DNA of 64,000 nucleotides, taken from the NCBI RefSeq assembly GCF_009914755.1, contig NC_060939.1. The stretch is one strand, 5' to 3'. Positions 59,900 to 64,000 of the stretch are shown in pieces. A program made the translations under genes and the position numbers. Numbering within the stretch: position 1 is the first letter of the stretch; the number at the start of each line of letters is the position of its first letter. The stretch is from the human T2T-CHM13v2.0 reference genome, Homo sapiens. A model generated the notes under the pieces. The model was not told the DNA's origin. It was given only the letters and a program-made list of their open reading frames with translations, and did not search any database.

Positions 59900-60420
59900 A
59901 CCATCTCTCACCATTGCCAGGGCCCTGGTCAGAACCACTATCATCTCCCACCTGGAGGTTGCCACAGCATGGCCTCCCTGCTTCTACCCAAATCTTCCCA
60001 CAATCTTTCTCAACTCAGCTGCCATGGGATGCTTTTAAATCAGTAGACAGTTCGTGTCACCTCTCTGCTCAGAACCCTTCCGCATCTCCCATCTCAGACA
60101 GAATAAAAACCAAAGCCCCAGCAATAGCCTCCCAGGGCTTACACAATCTGTACTGATCTGAGTCCAACAACTCCCTGGCCTCCTTCCCTACTTCTCTCCC
60201 TCTCTCTACTCCACAGACCTCTTTCCTGAGCTTCAGACACACCACGGAGTTCCCTCTTAGCATCTTTATTCTGTTGTTTCTGCCTACAATGCTCTTCCCT
60301 CAGTACTTTGGCCAGCTCCTTCCCCTCCTTCAAGTCTTTGCTCAATTTTCACTTAGGAGGCCAACCCTGACCACTCTATTTAATATTGCTATCTGTCCCT
60401 ATTCCTGCCATGCTCACTCA
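59900..60420. mobile_element. L2 fragment
   Basis: ATCATCTCCCACCTGGA...GGCCTCCCTGCTTC...CTCTGCTCAGAACCCTTC...TCTGCCTACAATGCTCTTCCC. Confidence 0.7.
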
Positions 60421-60714
60421 TTTCTTTTTTCGTTTTTTTTCTAAGATATAATCTCGCTGTGTCACTCAGACTGGGGTGCCATGGCACGATCACAACGCAC
60501 TGAGAGCTGGAGCTCTTAGATCAAGAAATTGTCCTGCCTCAGGGCCTCTAGTAGCTAAGACTACAAGTGCATGCCACCACACCAGCTATTTTTTTTTTTT
60601 CCATGTAGACAGGGTATCATTTTGTTGCCCAGACTTATCGTGAACTCCTGGCAACCATCCTGCCTCAGCCTCCTAAATAGCTGGAATTATAGGTGTGGGC
60701 CACCAATTCTGGCT
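60421..60714 (-). mobile_element. AluJ
   Basis: Diverged dimer. Confidence 0.75.
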
Positions 60715-60717
60715 TCA

Positions 60718-61076
60718 TGTTCATTTCTTCTTGCCGCTGTTACAAACTACCCTACATTGAGTGGCTTAATACACCACAAATCTACTAACTAAGAGGTCTG
60801 GGGGCCAGAAGTCCAAAATAGGTCTATTAAGGCTAAAGTCAAGGTGCCAGCAGGACTGCATCCCTTCTGGAGGTTCTGGAGAGAATATGTTCCCTTGCCT
60901 TTCCCAGTTGCTAAAGCCACTCCTATTCTTTGGCTCATGGCCCCTAACTGCATCTTCAAAGCCAGAAGCAAAGCATATTCGAATCTCCCTCTGTGACCTG
61001 TGCTTCCATCATCAAATCTCCTTCAATTCAGACTCTCTTACCTCCCTCTTTCACTTATAAAGACCTCTTGTGATTG
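60718..61076 (-). mobile_element. MLT1 (MaLR) LTR
   Basis: GCTGTTACAAACTACC...TGGCTTAA...CAGAAGTCCAAAAT...AAGGTGCCAGCAGG...TCTGGAGG...CTTATAAAGAC. Confidence 0.75.
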
Positions 61077-61078
61077 CT

Positions 61079-61528
61079 GGACACAGAGGCCGTGGCTTAC
61101 AGCCATAATCCCAACAATTTAGGAGTTCAAAGCAGGAGAAACGCTTGAGGCCAAAACTTCAGGACCAGCCTGGGAAACACAGCGAGACCCCCTCAATTAA
61201 ACAACAAAAAGAAATAAGAAAAAATTAGCTGGGCATGGTAGTATGCATCTGTAGTTTCAGCTACTTGAGAGGTTGTGGTGAAAGGATCGCTTTAGCCCCA
61301 GAGTTCAAGACCAGCCTCGACAATATAACAAGATCCCACCTCTACAAAAAAAATACAAAAATTAGCTGGGCATGGATGGTGTGCACCTGTAGTCCCAGAT
61401 GCTTGGAAGGCTGAGGTGGGAGAATTGCTTGAGCACAGGTGGTTGAGGCTACAGTTAGCTACAACACCATCACTGTACTCCAGATTGTGTGAAACAGAGA
61501 CTCTGTGTTCAAAAGAAAAAGAAAAGAA
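61079..61528 (+). mobile_element. Three-monomer AluJ-type element
   Basis: Two AAAATTAGCTGGGCATGG linkers (~61224 and ~61360) give three arms. Confidence 0.75.
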
Positions 61529-62041
61529 ATACACATTTGGTTTCTGCCCCTCATCCTGGCACAGAGCTTCTCAAGCTCTTATAAAGGCCTTGGTGATGAA
61601 AGTGATGGGGCATCTTCTGTTTCAATATTTGGTCTTAGTCCCAGGTTTCTAACACAAGAGGCTCTAAGACCTTTGGGATCACCATAGTAAGAATGCATTT
61701 GGTGATGTTACTGAGATGACTGGGTGACTGAAAGCTCCTAGACAGCTTCAGGAAAAGGGGTGGTTGTTGTCAGAAGAACAAACCATGTGATTAGAGGCTT
61801 GGAACTGTCAGCCTCACCCCCTGGGCTCCAGGAAGAAAGAGTGGCCGAAGACTGGCTTAATCACCAATGATCAATGACTTCATCAATCATGCCTGCATAA
61901 TGAAGCGTTCATAAGCGCCCTCAACAACTGGAGTTGGAGAATGTCTGGGTTGCTGAACACAAGGGAGATACCAGGAAGGTAACATGCACAATAGAGGACA
62001 TGGAAGTTCTGTACCCCTCTCGACATACCTTGCCCTGTGTG

Positions 62042-62376
62042 TTTTTTTTTTTTTTTTTTTGAGACAGAGTCTGGCTCTGTCTCCCAGCCTAGAGTGCCAT
62101 GGCACAATTGTGGCTCACTGCGAACTATGCCTCCCTATCTCAAGCCCCATCCTCTCATCCTCTCACCTCAGCCTCCTGAGTAGCTAGAATTATAGGCACT
62201 GAGTAGCTAGAACTATAGATAACTGTGCCTGGCTAATTTTTAGAAAAAAATCTTTTTGTAGAGATGCATTTTCACCTTGTTACCCAGGCTGGTCTTAATC
62301 TCCTGAGCACTTAAGCGATGCTCCCGCCTCAGTCTCCCAAAGTGCTGAAATTACAGGCATGAGCCACTGCGCCCAG
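62042..62376 (-). mobile_element. AluJ with internal tandem duplication
   Basis: CTGAGTAGCTAGAA(T/C)TATAG occurs twice at ~62176-62218. Confidence 0.85.
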
Positions 62377-62447
62377 CATGTACATCTCTTTCACTGGCTG
62401 TTTCTGAGATTTAGCCTTTAAAATGAACCAGTAAAAGAAAGTAAATT

Positions 62448-62746
<299 letters not shown>

Positions 62747-63512
62747 ACAATCTGTTTTTCTGAGTTCTGCAAGCTGTCCGAGCAAATGATTCCACCCACC
62801 AATGGGGGTCATGAAACCCTGTTTTCTAACTGGTTGGTCAAAACTACATGTAACAACCCAAGACTTGCAATTGGCATGTGGAGTGAGGGTAGACTCCTGG
62901 GACTGAGCTCCCATCCTGCGGGGTCTGCACTAACTCCAGGGAGTGTCAGGATGGAATTGTGGGATACTCAGTTGGGATCCAGATTGTCTGAAAATCAGTG
63001 TAGAAACTCCACATGCACATTTGGTCAGAGGTGTTTGACCGTAACTACTATTCACAAAAAAGGTCTACTCATTAGAACTAAAAATCACAAAATTGTAAGT
63101 TCTACAAAAACAAATCAACCTTATCTACCGCCCAGTCCTACCGAACTACAGAATGTGAGAAAAGAAGGTCTGACCATGGAGTCAAGAGCTGACAGGAATG
63201 TCACCACCATCCTGCTCTCCAAGGACTCCTCATCTTCAACAGACTCCTCATCTTCAATGGGCAGGGTGGAAACTGTAACTTGTGCCATGATCCTTGCACA
63301 AGAAAAGTAGTAAGAAAATGAGTGGTAGAAATCCAGTGTCCTAAACTCACATCCAGAGCTGTGAGAGTTTTTTACTGGCTGGATAATTCACAGTTTTCTT
63401 GAATCAGGGGAAAAATAAGACTCAGAAACTAGGAATTCGTTTTGCCCAAAACTCTCATCAGATACAGAATCCATCTGCTAACTATCTAGTATTATTTCCA
63501 TAAGTTAGATCA

Positions 63513-63931
<419 letters not shown>

Positions 63932-64000
63932 TCAACACAGCAAAGAGTTGCCAAGCTCCCTTTCTCCCCTGTACAACCCGACACAGAAGAGTTGGTGCAG

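Noticed and set aside
62786-63310. 174-aa ORF with a DSSSS repeat
   Set aside because: The first half is MER21 LTR sequence, the repeat is an 18-bp tandem duplication, and I recognise no protein family.

Overview
Primate DNA, most likely human (it carries an AluYa5). The window is repeat-rich and looks like a pericentromeric-type segmental-duplication mosaic. I see no intact protein-coding gene. From left to right: (1) ~5.2-30.6 kb, minus strand: an unprocessed, 5'-truncated ANKRD20A-family pseudogene. I traced ten exons by splice sites and phase; the ankyrin-repeat exons are absent and the last three exons carry frameshifts, stops and a dead donor. One intron holds a decayed ~1.1 kb CCDC144/ANKRD26-type exon. 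(2) ~34.4-35.2 kb, minus strand: an intron-containing ASNS (asparagine synthetase) fragment that the ORF track misses. (3) ~38.8-47.8 kb: a SATR1/SATR2-type satellite of ~72-76 bp self-complementary units that flips orientation three times. It hosts an AluY and a scrambled three-piece NUMT (12S; COX1 plus tRNA-Tyr/Cys/OL/Asn/Ala; inverted COX3-tRNA-Gly-ND3). (4) 47.8-64 kb: L1, LTR, Alu and DNA-transposon relics. I found no convincing new biological system. The best leads are the possibly invertible satellite-NUMT cassette and the same-strand LTR/ASNS/ANKRD20A mosaic that could splice into a chimeric transcript. Family assignments and exon numbers come from recalled sequences, not database searches. 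Repeat boundaries are approximate unless target-site duplications (TSDs) are quoted.
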